Shown: positions 9,779 to 20,158, numbered from the stretch's first letter. The stretch is DNA of 64,000 nt from Bdellovibrionales bacterium (GCA_027317865.1 DAHVQG010000002.1:224001-288000), one strand, 5' to 3'. Notes: generated from the sequence alone by a model not told the origin. Program-made: numbers and translations.

Positions 9779-10876
9779 ATGTCGAATGATGAACCGCGCG
9801 CGCCGCTTGAATCTGAGGTGCCTGAAGTCATTGGGTTTCTCGATCATTTGTTGCGCCCAGAGCGCAATTGGTCGATCGCCGCCGAATACCCCCAAGTTTT
9901 CACCGCCCCCAATCGCGAGAATTTGCGGATTATAAAGCACAACGGGCCGATCATTGCCCATGCGGCAACCAAGTTTTTAATTATCAAAACTCACTTTGGT
10001 TTATTCAAAGTAGCCGCCATAGGCAGCGTCGTAACAGACCCTAATCATCGAAATCTTGGGTATAGCCGCAGCATCATGAATAGTTGTTTACAAATTGCCG
10101 AAGAGGGCTGTGCCGACTTTGCCATCTTATGGAGCGACCTCTACGATTTTTACGGCAAACTAGGGTTTGAATTGGCAGGACGCGAGATAAGCTTTGTAAT
10201 CGACCAACTGCCAGATCTTGCAACCAAGTCTGATCTTTTGCCCATGCATGAATTGCGCATTGTTCAGTCGCCTAAGGTGGCTCCAGAGGCTATTCTCCGT
10301 CTTTACGGACAACACCCCTGCGGAACAGTTCGGACAGCCGAAGATATTCGGCGGCATTTGACTATTCCGAACTCGCGCGTCTACACAGCATGGGACCGCA
10401 GCAATCAACTTCGTGCTTACGCCGTCGAAGGTAAAGGCGGGGATCTTAAAGGCTATATTCATGAATGGGGTGGCGGCGTTTCTGCACTTTTGCCGCTTTT
10501 TGCCCACATTCGCCGCGAAGCCGGTCAACCCATTACCGTGATCGCTCCGTCACACGCCGAAAATCTCATCCGCCACCTAAAAGAATGGCCAACGCTTGTT
10601 CACGAGGGTTTTCTTGGTATGATTCGAATTATAAACAGGCGCAATTTATTTTTAAAAATCACCCGGCGCGCGAAACAATTAGGGCTCCACGATTTTGTGA
10701 TTGAATCCGAAGGCGATCAAGTCAGAGTCGGAACCGCCACAGATCTTGTGACTCTTTCAACGCCCGCCGAAATTACCCGACTCATCTTTGGCCCCCACCC
10801 TTTAGGGGCGCTGAACCCGGCGTACAAAGAGTTATTCCCGATCCCAATGTGGATCTGGGGATGGGATTCGGTATGA
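9779..10876 (+). CDS. GNAT-family N-acetyltransferase
   Basis: IGSVVTDPNHRNLGYS acetyl-CoA motif, FYGKLGFE. Confidence 0.8.
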   Translation: MSNDEPRAPLESEVPEVIGFLDHLLRPERNWSIAAEYPQVFTAPNRENLRIIKHNGPIIAHAATKFLIIKTHFGLFKVAAIGSVVTDPNHRNLGYSRSIMNSCLQIAEEGCADFAILWSDLYDFYGKLGFELAGREISFVIDQLPDLATKSDLLPMHELRIVQSPKVAPEAILRLYGQHPCGTVRTAEDIRRHLTIPNSRVYTAWDRSNQLRAYAVEGKGGDLKGYIHEWGGGVSALLPLFAHIRREAGQPITVIAPSHAENLIRHLKEWPTLVHEGFLGMIRIINRRNLFLKITRRAKQLGLHDFVIESEGDQVRVGTATDLVTLSTPAEITRLIFGPHPLGALNPAYKELFPIPMWIWGWDSV

Positions 10877-11712
10877 ACGGTTCGCTTGCGTTATTTAGTT
10901 TGCTGACTGCGGCTTTATTAACAGGTTGCATGGGAACTCATATAAAAGCTCGCAATGCACCACTCGGCAAAGAAGCATCCGCAAGTGCCGTTTTGAGCGC
11001 CTATGAACAAGCAACCAGCGGGATAAGCATTGCAAACGCAAAAGTGGGATCGTGCGCCACTTATGAATTAAATTATCGCATCAACGCCGACCCCGTGATT
11101 ATGTCCCAGTTGGTGAAATATAAATTGTTGGGAATAAGCGCGGCAGCGCAATCAGTTGTATTTAATGTTTTTGAAGACTCTTACGATTTCTTCCCGTCAG
11201 GAGCTATAAAAAATCAAGTTCATCGCCAACTGTCATTGGCATTTCAAACGAATTCGATCCGGCCCTTATTTACCGCACCGACCAGCCAATGCAACGGCAA
11301 GGTTCGCGACGACGGTGATGGAATAAAATATGACTGCGTACGATACTATAATCTTAAAACAGACGATGTGCCCGTCCCGGCGCCACTCGCTGTCCAAGAA
11401 AAACCCGACTGTCTTGGATTTGCCGGATGTAATATTCCGGTTCATCACATCAGCTTTGATGCCGTTAAATTTCTTCACGGTAAAGAAGTCAACAAGACGA
11501 CAGTGGACGCGCGATTTTCAACGGCTATACCGGATCTATTTTACTTACCACAACCCGACGGCTCCTACGTCTACACACAAGCATCGACCAGTTTTTGCAC
11601 AACAACTGTTGAGACGGGTCCGGACAATAGTAATTACATGGTGCGATTTTGCTCCGTGTTGCGCGATATGCAACCCGACGGCAACGGCGACTGTTTTCCG
11701 CCCACTCCCTAA
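10873..11712 (+). CDS. Hypothetical Cys-rich lipoprotein
   Basis: Lipobox LTGC; ATGA overlap with the GNAT stop. Confidence 0.65.
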   Translation: MNGSLALFSLLTAALLTGCMGTHIKARNAPLGKEASASAVLSAYEQATSGISIANAKVGSCATYELNYRINADPVIMSQLVKYKLLGISAAAQSVVFNVFEDSYDFFPSGAIKNQVHRQLSLAFQTNSIRPLFTAPTSQCNGKVRDDGDGIKYDCVRYYNLKTDDVPVPAPLAVQEKPDCLGFAGCNIPVHHISFDAVKFLHGKEVNKTTVDARFSTAIPDLFYLPQPDGSYVYTQASTSFCTTTVETGPDNSNYMVRFCSVLRDMQPDGNGDCFPPTP

Positions 11713-11819
11713 CAGTAGAGCCGCCAATGATCGGCACTTTGATCCACTTTATTAGGCCTGTTTAAATATCGAGATCAATTTATCCTGGCTGGCTAATCGA
11801 CGAAGTTCGAAATAGCCTG

Positions 11820-12647
11820 TTGCCAATGAGGGCCTGGCGACTAGGTAAAATTTTATTCGTAATTTTAATTTTTTTGCCGGCAACGGCATCAGCCAAGGTA
11901 CCGCTCGCCTCGCCGGCGTGGGATTTAGTACCAAGAATTTTCGATAAGTCGTTGGGTAATTTCATAGAAAATGATTATAAATCTCAAGAATGTCCGATTG
12001 GTTTTATCGAAAATTACATCGGCAAGATGGCTGAACAGATCGATCACATCGCGCGGACCCACTCGTCGCACGATGTTCATCTTCTCAGTTCAGATATTCC
12101 AGTCGCCTTCTCGCTCCCTAACGGCACAATTTATATCAGCGTGGAAATGCTAAAGCTGTTCGACTCCGAATCGGAACTAGCGAACATTGTTGCCCACGAA
12201 GTCGCGCACTCCGTCTATCGAACGTTTTCCTCTGGAATCGTCATTTTAACAGGAACCTATGGAGCGATATTGGCCACGCAACTTTTACTGAAGCAACCCA
12301 TTGACCGCACAATCTTAAATGGGCGTTTACTGGCGGCAACGGTAGCGCTCTTAGCTTACGATATTCGTGATGAGGCACGTGCTGATAAATTTGCAATATA
12401 TACAGCTGCCCGCGCCGGATACGATCCTTATGGCATGTACCGCGCATTCTCGGCTTTAAAACTCTGGTTCAATCTGTACCCTGAAGAAAAGCATTTTGAT
12501 ATATTTCACCCTCCGCTTAACTTAAGAATTCGCAATTCGTTGAAGTTCGCTCAACAACTCGCCCCCCGGCGAGAGCGAGAGTATCCAAATTCTTGGCGAT
12601 TTAATGTAATGAAACGAATGCTTTCTCTTTGCGTGCCGACTGATTAG
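11820..12647 (+). CDS. M48-family zinc metalloprotease
   Basis: AFSLPNGTI, HEVAH, E.RAD, AGYDP, HPPL..RI. Confidence 0.9.
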   Translation: MPMRAWRLGKILFVILIFLPATASAKVPLASPAWDLVPRIFDKSLGNFIENDYKSQECPIGFIENYIGKMAEQIDHIARTHSSHDVHLLSSDIPVAFSLPNGTIYISVEMLKLFDSESELANIVAHEVAHSVYRTFSSGIVILTGTYGAILATQLLLKQPIDRTILNGRLLAATVALLAYDIRDEARADKFAIYTAARAGYDPYGMYRAFSALKLWFNLYPEEKHFDIFHPPLNLRIRNSLKFAQQLAPRREREYPNSWRFNVMKRMLSLCVPTD

Positions 12648-12662
12648 AACAAGATTTGCCAA

Positions 12663-13349
12663 TTAGCTTTTCGATAAAAGCGAGCGATGAATATCCTTGG
12701 CCGCAATAAAGCGAAATCCACAACCAAATCGACCAGAAAATCGGCCCGTTGCGGTTGTCCAAATGACTTTGGCGTTAAAGGTATATTCGCTGTTTGTGTC
12801 GCTTAAGAAAATTTTGAGGCGAACGACATCGCCAACGGCTAAAAGACTGTTTGATTCAAACTCACAATAGGCGCCGCCTTTTGAAAGGTTGTACATACTC
12901 GTCAGAAGATTATCACCGTCGTCTAAAGATTCGATTTGCGCAATTTGGTTCGTGTTGAAACGCCGAAAAACTTGTTTCGGTACACGTTTTGCGACGAGCA
13001 GCTTGCGCACAAGCCCCACGACATTCCGATTGGTAACAGGGCGCACAAGCGTGTGCACGTCTGACATATATTTGACCTTCTGAACCGTTTCGCTACTCGA
13101 AGTATCGGTAATAACTACGATTGAAAAGGAGTAATGGGCATTGCGAAGACGATCGATCAAAAACAGGTCGTCATTCTCTAAATTCGATTTGACAACAACC
13201 ACCGCACTGAAAACAAGTTGCTCAATCTGAGCTTTTAAATCATCTTCATTACTTGCTTCAAAAATTTGATACGGCAATTCGCGTTCAATCATTTGTCGAA
13301 CTTCCGGCGCACCGTCCTGACGACTGCCGAAAACTAAGATTTTTTGCAT
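12663..13349 (-). CDS. Receiver-like domain plus PilZ domain protein
   Basis: C-terminal NLSKGG, AKVIW, GCGFRF PilZ pattern; N-terminal alpha/beta receiver-like region. Confidence 0.75.
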   Translation of the reverse strand: MQKILVFGSRQDGAPEVRQMIERELPYQIFEASNEDDLKAQIEQLVFSAVVVVKSNLENDDLFLIDRLRNAHYSFSIVVITDTSSSETVQKVKYMSDVHTLVRPVTNRNVVGLVRKLLVAKRVPKQVFRRFNTNQIAQIESLDDGDNLLTSMYNLSKGGAYCEFESNSLLAVGDVVRLKIFLSDTNSEYTFNAKVIWTTATGRFSGRFGCGFRFIAAKDIHRSLLSKS

Positions 13350-13522
13350 GTCCTTTTGCCTCCGCTTTTATAAAACCTTTCGGCAAAAGGTCGTGAAGCG
13401 CTTAAAAGACGCGGAAAATGTCTAATGTTTGACATTTGGGAGGCAAAATTTCGAGATGAGACGCAATGTTTTCGCAGATACGCCGTCTCAAAATAAGACG
13501 ACAATAATTTCGACGAAAAAAT

Positions 13523-13900
13523 TCAGTTACCGCACTGTGCGCTTGCGCCGTCAGTGGTCAATAGCTGCACATTGTACTGCGTCTGCCTTTGCGTACCTTT
13601 GCGGCCGCTCGAAACCAAGCAAAAACGCGCTATATATGAACCCGCTTGATATTGTGGGCACTCAGCTCCGAATGATTCAATTGGGGCCATAAGCAACGTG
13701 CGCCCATATGGCGCCTTTGTTCCTACGCCGACGATTTCATTCAATAAAACCGTATGACCAGTCAGCTCGACCGAATAGACCGGCGCGAGCAGGCCAGCGG
13801 TAGCACCTTTAAAAACTGGTGCGCCACAGCTGTAGATTGTTGATGCAAACGACGAAGCGCTTATTCCCAAGACGGCAATCAAAACAAACAATTTTCTCAT
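13523..13900 (-). CDS. Hypothetical small secreted protein
   Basis: Signal peptide MRKLFVLIAVLGISASSFA; SD GGAGGG; four Cys. Confidence 0.65.
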   Translation of the reverse strand: MRKLFVLIAVLGISASSFASTIYSCGAPVFKGATAGLLAPVYSVELTGHTVLLNEIVGVGTKAPYGRTLLMAPIESFGAECPQYQAGSYIARFCLVSSGRKGTQRQTQYNVQLLTTDGASAQCGN

Positions 13901-14020
13901 TTTCGCCCTCCGCGATTAGGGATCGCCGAATTATTCGCGATGAGCGCTAAAAACGCAAACTGATTCGCCAGGGTTGCAAATTTTATCAAACATTAATGCA
14001 ATCTGTTCTCGACTCGGGCA

Positions 14021-15148
14021 TTAAGGATACTTCAAACCCTGCTTGCCAACCCACTTGCCACGCGGACGATAAATCCGGTTATTGCCGTACTGTTCAAATA
14101 CGTGCGCAAGCCAACCGCTCACACGCGAAACCGCAAATATAGGCGTGAACAAATCAGTAGGTATGCCCATGCTGTAATACACGGTCGCGGAATAAAAATC
14201 GACATTGGGCAGAAGTCCTTTTTCCCTTTGAACAGTGTCATCAATCATAGCGGACATCTGATACCAATGCGGTTCGCCAATTTTCTTTGTGATTTCTTCG
14301 CTCATTTTGCGAAGTATCTTGGCGCGAGGATCTCCGTTTTTGTAAACACGGTGACCAAATCCCATTACCTTTTCTTTGTTCGCTAGCGCATTTTCGATCC
14401 ATTTTTTAGCCGCATCTACAGAACCGATTTTTTTCAACATGAGCATAACCTGCTCGTTAGCGCCGCCGTGTAGCGGCCCTTTTAGCGTGCCAATGGCGCT
14501 TGTGATGTCAGAATAAATATCGCTTAAAGACGACGCGGTCACACGGGCTGAAAATGCCGAACAATTAAGTTCATGATCGGCATGTAAAATTAAACAGACG
14601 TCAAAAATGTGCACGATGTCCGCATCCGGTTCTTTGCCGAATAACATGTGCAAGAAATTCCAGGCGATCGATTTTTCAGGATTGGCCGGCACAAAAGGTT
14701 GGCCCTTTCGCGTCCGTTCAAATAATGCAACAAGAGGCCCCATTTTCGCGACAAGGCGTTTGCCGATACGGCGCTGATTTTCAACATCGAGTTTTTGTGA
14801 ATCTTGATCCCATAGCGCAAGACTTGAAACTGCGGTTCTTAGCCATGCCATCGGATGAACATTTTGAGTTGGGAGCCCCTGCAAGTGTTTGACCAGATCA
14901 GGTGCCAGCGTCATCTCCGCGAGCAACTCTTTTCGAAACTGCTTAAGTTCGTCTTTGTTGGGGAGTTTGTCGTTCCATAGCAAGTAAATAACTTCTTCAA
15001 AGGTGGATTTGGCGGCAATATCTTCAATTGTATAACCGCGAAAGCACAACGTCGCATCGACGATCGAAGATATGCCGGTCGTGCATGCCACAACTCCTTC
15101 GAGACCTTTATCTATCGCGCCTTCATAGATTTCGACTGGAGCGGACAT
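14021..15148 (-). CDS. Citrate/2-methylcitrate synthase
   Basis: GLEGV, HADHELN, GPLHGGANE, MGFGHRVYKNGDPR, PNVDFY; SD GAGGAGGT before ATG 15148. Confidence 0.95.
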   Translation of the reverse strand: MSAPVEIYEGAIDKGLEGVVACTTGISSIVDATLCFRGYTIEDIAAKSTFEEVIYLLWNDKLPNKDELKQFRKELLAEMTLAPDLVKHLQGLPTQNVHPMAWLRTAVSSLALWDQDSQKLDVENQRRIGKRLVAKMGPLVALFERTRKGQPFVPANPEKSIAWNFLHMLFGKEPDADIVHIFDVCLILHADHELNCSAFSARVTASSLSDIYSDITSAIGTLKGPLHGGANEQVMLMLKKIGSVDAAKKWIENALANKEKVMGFGHRVYKNGDPRAKILRKMSEEITKKIGEPHWYQMSAMIDDTVQREKGLLPNVDFYSATVYYSMGIPTDLFTPIFAVSRVSGWLAHVFEQYGNNRIYRPRGKWVGKQGLKYP

Positions 15149-15241
15149 GTTAAATACCTCCTCGTATTTTGGTTCGTTGACTGACACTCACCTATTTGAT
15201 TTAGATCAATAGTGTAACGAATCAGCGCCCAATTCGGTAGA

Positions 15242-16135
15242 TTATTTTTTGGCTAGTTTTATTACCTTATCTTTCACTTCCGCGACGATAACAGTTTGGT
15301 CGCGTGGCGGCTCGACTCCGGCGGTAAATTCTTGTAACCGGTAAAAAATCTGATTGCGCAGCTCGTGGACTCCTTGGCTGGCAAACTCCAAAATAGCTTG
15401 ATAAAGGCGGTCTTCACCAAACTGATGGCCATCTAAATCCTTCGCCTCGACGACACCGGGCGTACAAAAAATAAGTTTGTCGCGCGGGTTCAATTCGACG
15501 GACTGCGCTCGAATCGGCGCATCAAACGCAACTTGAATTGCCGGCAATTCTGATTTCAACAGGCGAAGTTCGGAATTCGAGCTGTCATAGTGCAACGCCC
15601 TAATGCCACCCAGCTTAACGTAGTTAAGTGAAAATTGCCGGCGATCAAACACTCCATAAAATAGATCGGCAAAATCTTGAGGAGCGCTTGCGGGTTTAAT
15701 TTCACGCACAATTTTTTCAATGAGACTGGATGGGTCAGATTGTCTTCTCCCCTCCATACGTCCCGTCATCTTAAGCAAAATAGAAAGAAGTAGCGCCGAC
15801 ATGGCGTGCCCGGACCCCGCCGCAACAATGACACCAAATCGCGAACGATCTTCGTGTTCAAATATATCGAAATAGTCACCGCCGCGTTGAAAACTTGCTA
15901 AAAATTTTGATGAAAACTCAAAACCCTGAATTTGTGGAATTTCAGTCGGCACCAAGTGCTTTTGAATCAAATGAACCAGCCGCAACTCTTGATTGAGTTT
16001 GCCGATGAGCGATTCAAGCCGCTGGTTGGCTTGACTGAGTTCCCGCCGAAATACGGCGAGATCTTTTTCGCGCTCGGAGACTTCGAGTTCGAGCTCCACA
16101 ATTCGCGCTCGCAATTGTTCAATATTTTCTGCCAT
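15242..16135 (-). CDS. Coiled coil plus SpoIIE/PP2C-like domain protein with degenerate metal ligands
   Basis: IQKHLVP, GGDYFD, SGHAMSA, FGEDRL, DQTVIV. Confidence 0.8.
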   Translation of the reverse strand: MAENIEQLRARIVELELEVSEREKDLAVFRRELSQANQRLESLIGKLNQELRLVHLIQKHLVPTEIPQIQGFEFSSKFLASFQRGGDYFDIFEHEDRSRFGVIVAAGSGHAMSALLLSILLKMTGRMEGRRQSDPSSLIEKIVREIKPASAPQDFADLFYGVFDRRQFSLNYVKLGGIRALHYDSSNSELRLLKSELPAIQVAFDAPIRAQSVELNPRDKLIFCTPGVVEAKDLDGHQFGEDRLYQAILEFASQGVHELRNQIFYRLQEFTAGVEPPRDQTVIVAEVKDKVIKLAKK

Positions 16136-16237
16136 AAAACTATTGTCGAATCCGTGACATGCTTAGTCAACAGTTCGCAATGCTTGAAAATCGGCTGACG
16201 GTTACGTACGAAAAAGCTCGAGGGGGCGTGCAGCATA

Positions 16238-17020
16238 ATGTCTTTGGACTTTGATAACTCGCGATTGATTGATTCTCCGTTGAGCGCCCTGGTTTGGATT
16301 AATCAATCGCTTAGGTCAAACGACAGCACAAATTCAACCGATGCCGATTACCTTTTGCGGCCGGTCAACTTCATGTACTACGAACTTGCGAGTTTGACCT
16401 CGGGCCTGCCTGACGACGAACTTTTTGCGTCCCTCAATCACTATTTGTTCGATACCAAAAAATTTCAGATCGCGGCAGCACCGGTTTTACTCGACGAAAT
16501 CCTGGCGGATCGTCGGGGTTGCTATTCCGCAATTGCTTTACTGTACATGCATTTGGGTTGTCGGCTTGGTCTTAAAATCGATTTCTTGCGTTGGCCCAAC
16601 CGCGCCATTCTTAAATGGGAATGCCAAGGGAGATCTCGATACGTCAATCTTGAAGAGTGTGGCCGCTTTTTGACTGAAGATGAGCTTTTAAATATTTTAA
16701 ATAACGAGCGAAAGGATTCGATCGCCTCGCTCAGTTTACAAGAATCCGTCGTCCAGTATCTTACCTACCTCTCTTTTTATTACCGGCAATATGCGGACAC
16801 CGATCGTCTACATAAAACTTTCGGAATGATCCTTTCATTTGAACCAGACAACATGCGGATTTTAGCCGAACGCGCACTCTTGCGGCGCGATCTTGGTCTT
16901 TTGAAAGACGCCCTCCAAGACATGAAACGATATTTCTCATTTAACGAAAAAGTGAATTCTAATTCGGATCTCGCACTCGTTTACGAGGAGCTCAAATCAC
17001 GGGTTTCGCCGCCCTTGTGA
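16238..17020 (+). CDS. SirB1/transglutaminase-like plus TPR protein
   Basis: LLDEILADRRG...LLYMHLG.RLGL pattern; C-terminal ERALL...ALQDMKRY. Confidence 0.7.
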   Translation: MSLDFDNSRLIDSPLSALVWINQSLRSNDSTNSTDADYLLRPVNFMYYELASLTSGLPDDELFASLNHYLFDTKKFQIAAAPVLLDEILADRRGCYSAIALLYMHLGCRLGLKIDFLRWPNRAILKWECQGRSRYVNLEECGRFLTEDELLNILNNERKDSIASLSLQESVVQYLTYLSFYYRQYADTDRLHKTFGMILSFEPDNMRILAERALLRRDLGLLKDALQDMKRYFSFNEKVNSNSDLALVYEELKSRVSPPL

Positions 17021-17637
17021 GCGGCCCCGGTCGTGACATACACATCGTATCGCACCGATTTGCCAATCAAAGAGTGACTGGGCTTTTGTCCGGCAAGCCA
17101 TGGCGCATGTTTAGGTCGTTTTACAATGACCCGAAATTGCGCCACATTAAGTGCGGCCAAGAGCAGCTGCCGTTCATCCTCTTGTGTCGGCGGCGGCTCA
17201 AGCAGTTGTAAAAGGCGCGTTTCTTTACTGGCGGCTGCCGACTTTTTCTTCTCCGGAAACATCGGGTCCAAGTATACGATATCAGGGCGTAGGCGGTCGG
17301 GCTCCGATCCAGCTTGATTCGACAATTGCTTTAGCCAAGTCACCGCTTCGGCGTGAATTAAATTAAAATTACTTGGCTGGCGAATCCCGCTAAATGCGCG
17401 AAACAATTTTTCGTTTCGCTCGATCGCCACAACTCGACAGCCGAGGGCGATCAGGTGCATGCTGTCACGGCACAAACCGGCGGTCGCATCGATAACAAAT
17501 GGTTTTTGTTTATTTTTAGCCGGGCGCCCCAAGGCTTTAGATAAAAGATCGGTTTTGACGCCGACGAGGCGGCGATGCTTAAACTCTACGGATACTTTTA
17601 GGGTTTTATCGCCGTCCAAAACTTCTAGATACATCAT
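16981..17637 (-). CDS. rsmJ: RsmJ-like class I SAM methyltransferase
   Basis: VIDATAGLCRD, IERN, DIVYLDPMFP, RVIVKRP, RYDVY; ATGA overlap with the upstream stop. Confidence 0.85.
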   Translation of the reverse strand: MMYLEVLDGDKTLKVSVEFKHRRLVGVKTDLLSKALGRPAKNKQKPFVIDATAGLCRDSMHLIALGCRVVAIERNEKLFRAFSGIRQPSNFNLIHAEAVTWLKQLSNQAGSEPDRLRPDIVYLDPMFPEKKKSAAASKETRLLQLLEPPPTQEDERQLLLAALNVAQFRVIVKRPKHAPWLAGQKPSHSLIGKSVRYDVYVTTGAAHKGGETRDLSSS

Positions 17638-18734
17638 AAAATTGCGAATCCGATCACAATGATCCCGCAAATTAAGTGAACGATAAGAGTTTCTTTTAAA
17701 ATGTTCGGAAGAGACGAGGCAAGTGGTGAACTTGTTCGCCAAATTCTAATTGCTAGACCTAAATTTAAAATCAGCATTAGAGCTGCCGCAAGCACCCACC
17801 ACGGCCAATGCATCGCAACTAAGAAAAGCGTGAAACAAAGTCCTGCCAAGACAAACAAACATGCTACGAAACGCTTTGAGCGATCAAAACCAAATTCGAC
17901 CGCAAGTGTGCGCAGTCCCGCCACGTCATCCACTACAACACTTATAAGATGCCGAATTTCAACATACGAAACGGCAAGTATTCCAAAACCGCTGCCCAAT
18001 AAAGCACATCTACCAAAGGGCAGCGGATCATGCGCAACAATATTTGCACCAAAAGTTAGCAGCGGTCCCAATGCGAAAAATAAAGACAAATCACCGGCGA
18101 TCCAATTCGCACTCGTTCGCCTTAAGCCACTTTCAAGCTCCCGACCACGGCGAAGTGCCGAATAACCTATTATTCCAATTCCGCCACCTAAAGCAGAAAG
18201 CCACACTAAGTTCAATGAATTAACGAGGACGGGCAAAGAAAAAATAACGGCCAAGACAAGGAGCGCGCGAGACAAGCGGCGGACAGTCACCGCACGAATC
18301 CAACCGTTTTGTATAACGCGACTTCCGCCTTTTTCGTTGAGCCTGTCAATACCGCTTAGATGATCGACAAAGTCATTGCGGCAGTAGATCGCGCCGTGCA
18401 AAAACAGAAGCGACAAAAGCGCGAAGCTCGCGTGCTCAATCAAAATACCGGATTTTTCAAAAAATACGGTAACCACCGGCAACAATGTGAGCCCCACCAA
18501 ATCAAGCCGCATAAGCCGCGCGAGAACTTTGAGTAACGACGGCTTTTTTACTTCATCGCGATTTAAAATCTGAAACGTTATTTTCTCTTCACGCGAATTA
18601 ATATGGAGCGACTGAATAGGCAACGCCACCTGAGCGTTTGGGAGTTCACCTAATAAATATTTTTGAAAATCGGGATGAGTTCGATCAATAGTCAGAAATG
18701 AAGGCTTTGTTTTCGGCGGGTCTTGTAGACTCAT
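17634..18734 (-). CDS. UbiA/MenA-like prenyltransferase paralog
   Basis: NDFVDHLSGID motif, GSRVIQNG, RTLAVEFG; multiple TMs. Confidence 0.75.
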   Translation of the reverse strand: MSLQDPPKTKPSFLTIDRTHPDFQKYLLGELPNAQVALPIQSLHINSREEKITFQILNRDEVKKPSLLKVLARLMRLDLVGLTLLPVVTVFFEKSGILIEHASFALLSLLFLHGAIYCRNDFVDHLSGIDRLNEKGGSRVIQNGWIRAVTVRRLSRALLVLAVIFSLPVLVNSLNLVWLSALGGGIGIIGYSALRRGRELESGLRRTSANWIAGDLSLFFALGPLLTFGANIVAHDPLPFGRCALLGSGFGILAVSYVEIRHLISVVVDDVAGLRTLAVEFGFDRSKRFVACLFVLAGLCFTLFLVAMHWPWWVLAAALMLILNLGLAIRIWRTSSPLASSLPNILKETLIVHLICGIIVIGFAIL

Positions 18735-18739
18735 GAAAT

Positions 18740-19672
18740 TTAAACTTTTCGCCAATACAAAATACCCGGCAATGATTTAAAATCGGAAACGACTCCTTGA
18801 ACATCGCCCGGCAGAATTTGCGCCAGTTGTTCGCAGTGGTGTTCAAATAGCTCGATCACTTTTCGGTTATGCTCATCAAACTGCTCAAGTTTCGAAAAAA
18901 AGCTTTCTTCTCCAACGACGCTATAGACTTCTTGCTTTGTCTTGCAGTCGCGAAACCGAGCCTTTTGTTGTTCGCTCATGTCGCGAGTGAGAAACGTCGC
19001 AAATGAATTCATATACCCCGATTGCAAATCACCTAAAATTGCTTTGCCTTCATAATTACGTATATCGAAATCCAAAAGATCGTCGCTTCGCTGAAAGAGC
19101 AAGCCGAGTAAACTGCCCATCTCCTCCAAACAACGATGTAGATCAGCCACGTCGTTATGAGCCGCAATAAACGGCGAGCGGATGCACCATTTAAAAAGTG
19201 AGGCCGTTTTTAGATCGTGAACGCGGTCAAGTTGCAAAAGACTCACGTCCCAGTCTTCGATCAATGAATCCTGAATCCATTCGCCTTCAAGCAAATCCGA
19301 GATGACCTCGGCCGTGTATTGAATCAGTGCCAAATTGCCATGCCGAGAAAGATTCACCATTACGCGCGCGAGAAGATAGTCGCCTGCCAATACCGCATAT
19401 TCGGGCGTATACTTGAGCCATGCCGCCGTTTTTTCACGGCGAAGCGGCGAGCGGTCGATCAGGTCATCGTGCAAAAGCGAAGCGTTGTGAATGAATTCAA
19501 TCGTTTGCGCGAGCAGATGTACGGTTTGATCCGGCAAGCGCAAGTGCCCCGATATCCTTTGAATCAATTTAGCCCGAAAACCCTTACCATGCGAAAAAAG
19601 ATCGTCGTAAAGTGCATTCAGCTTTGGTAAATAGCTTGGAAAGTCGTCTGGAGCGTAAACTTTAAGGTTCAT
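18740..19672 (-). CDS. Polyprenyl diphosphate synthase
   Basis: GKGFRA, HNASLLHDDLID..RR, AVLAGDYL, KTASLF, FQRSDDLLD. Confidence 0.93.
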   Translation of the reverse strand: MNLKVYAPDDFPSYLPKLNALYDDLFSHGKGFRAKLIQRISGHLRLPDQTVHLLAQTIEFIHNASLLHDDLIDRSPLRREKTAAWLKYTPEYAVLAGDYLLARVMVNLSRHGNLALIQYTAEVISDLLEGEWIQDSLIEDWDVSLLQLDRVHDLKTASLFKWCIRSPFIAAHNDVADLHRCLEEMGSLLGLLFQRSDDLLDFDIRNYEGKAILGDLQSGYMNSFATFLTRDMSEQQKARFRDCKTKQEVYSVVGEESFFSKLEQFDEHNRKVIELFEHHCEQLAQILPGDVQGVVSDFKSLPGILYWRKV

Positions 19673-19743
19673 ACCGACAAAGAGCGTTACTGACTCGCAA
19701 CAAGCGTGTCAAGAAACAAGCGACGGATTTAGCTACAGGATAA

Positions 19744-20157
19744 TTGATGGCACAGTTACTTTTTGAAAAAAGCATCACCGTCCATTTTGGTGATACCGAC
19801 CCCCAAGGGATATTGTATTTTGCCCGGGCATTTGAGTTGGCCCACGAAACCATTGAAGATTTTTGGGCAGCCAATTCACTTGGATGGGCCTTTTGGTTTC
19901 AAAACTCTGATTTTACCGTGCCGTTGCGCCATGCCGAAGCCGATTTTCAAAAGCCGGCACGAGCGGGCGAAATTTGCTCAGCGCAACTCTACTTAGTTCG
20001 TGTCGGCAATACATCGGTCGAATTTCAGGTTGAACTATATGACTCATCCGGAAGCCTTTTAACTACAGTGAAAACGATTCACGTTTTTGTCGATCGACGT
20101 TCCTTAAAAAAAATGAACGTTCCGGATCGTATACGCGAACAACTGGAGCGAAATTGA
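19744..20157 (+). CDS. 4HBT-type hotdog thioesterase, probable DHNA-CoA thioesterase
   Basis: VHFGDTDPQGILYFARA; lies in the men cluster. Confidence 0.8.
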   Translation: MMAQLLFEKSITVHFGDTDPQGILYFARAFELAHETIEDFWAANSLGWAFWFQNSDFTVPLRHAEADFQKPARAGEICSAQLYLVRVGNTSVEFQVELYDSSGSLLTTVKTIHVFVDRRSLKKMNVPDRIREQLERN

Positions 20158-20158
20158 A

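Noticed and set aside
13377-13405. TTAAG...GCCGAAAG possible sigma28 promoter upstream of the PilZ gene
   Set aside because: Spacing is 2 nt longer than the canonical TAAAG-N14-GCCGATAA arrangement; not supportable without TSS data
13440-13500. GGCAAA...GAGA...GACGCAA resembling a c-di-GMP-I riboswitch near the PilZ gene
   Set aside because: The P2 stem cannot form (ATTTC vs TGA), no convincing P3/P1, and it is antisense to both flanking genes
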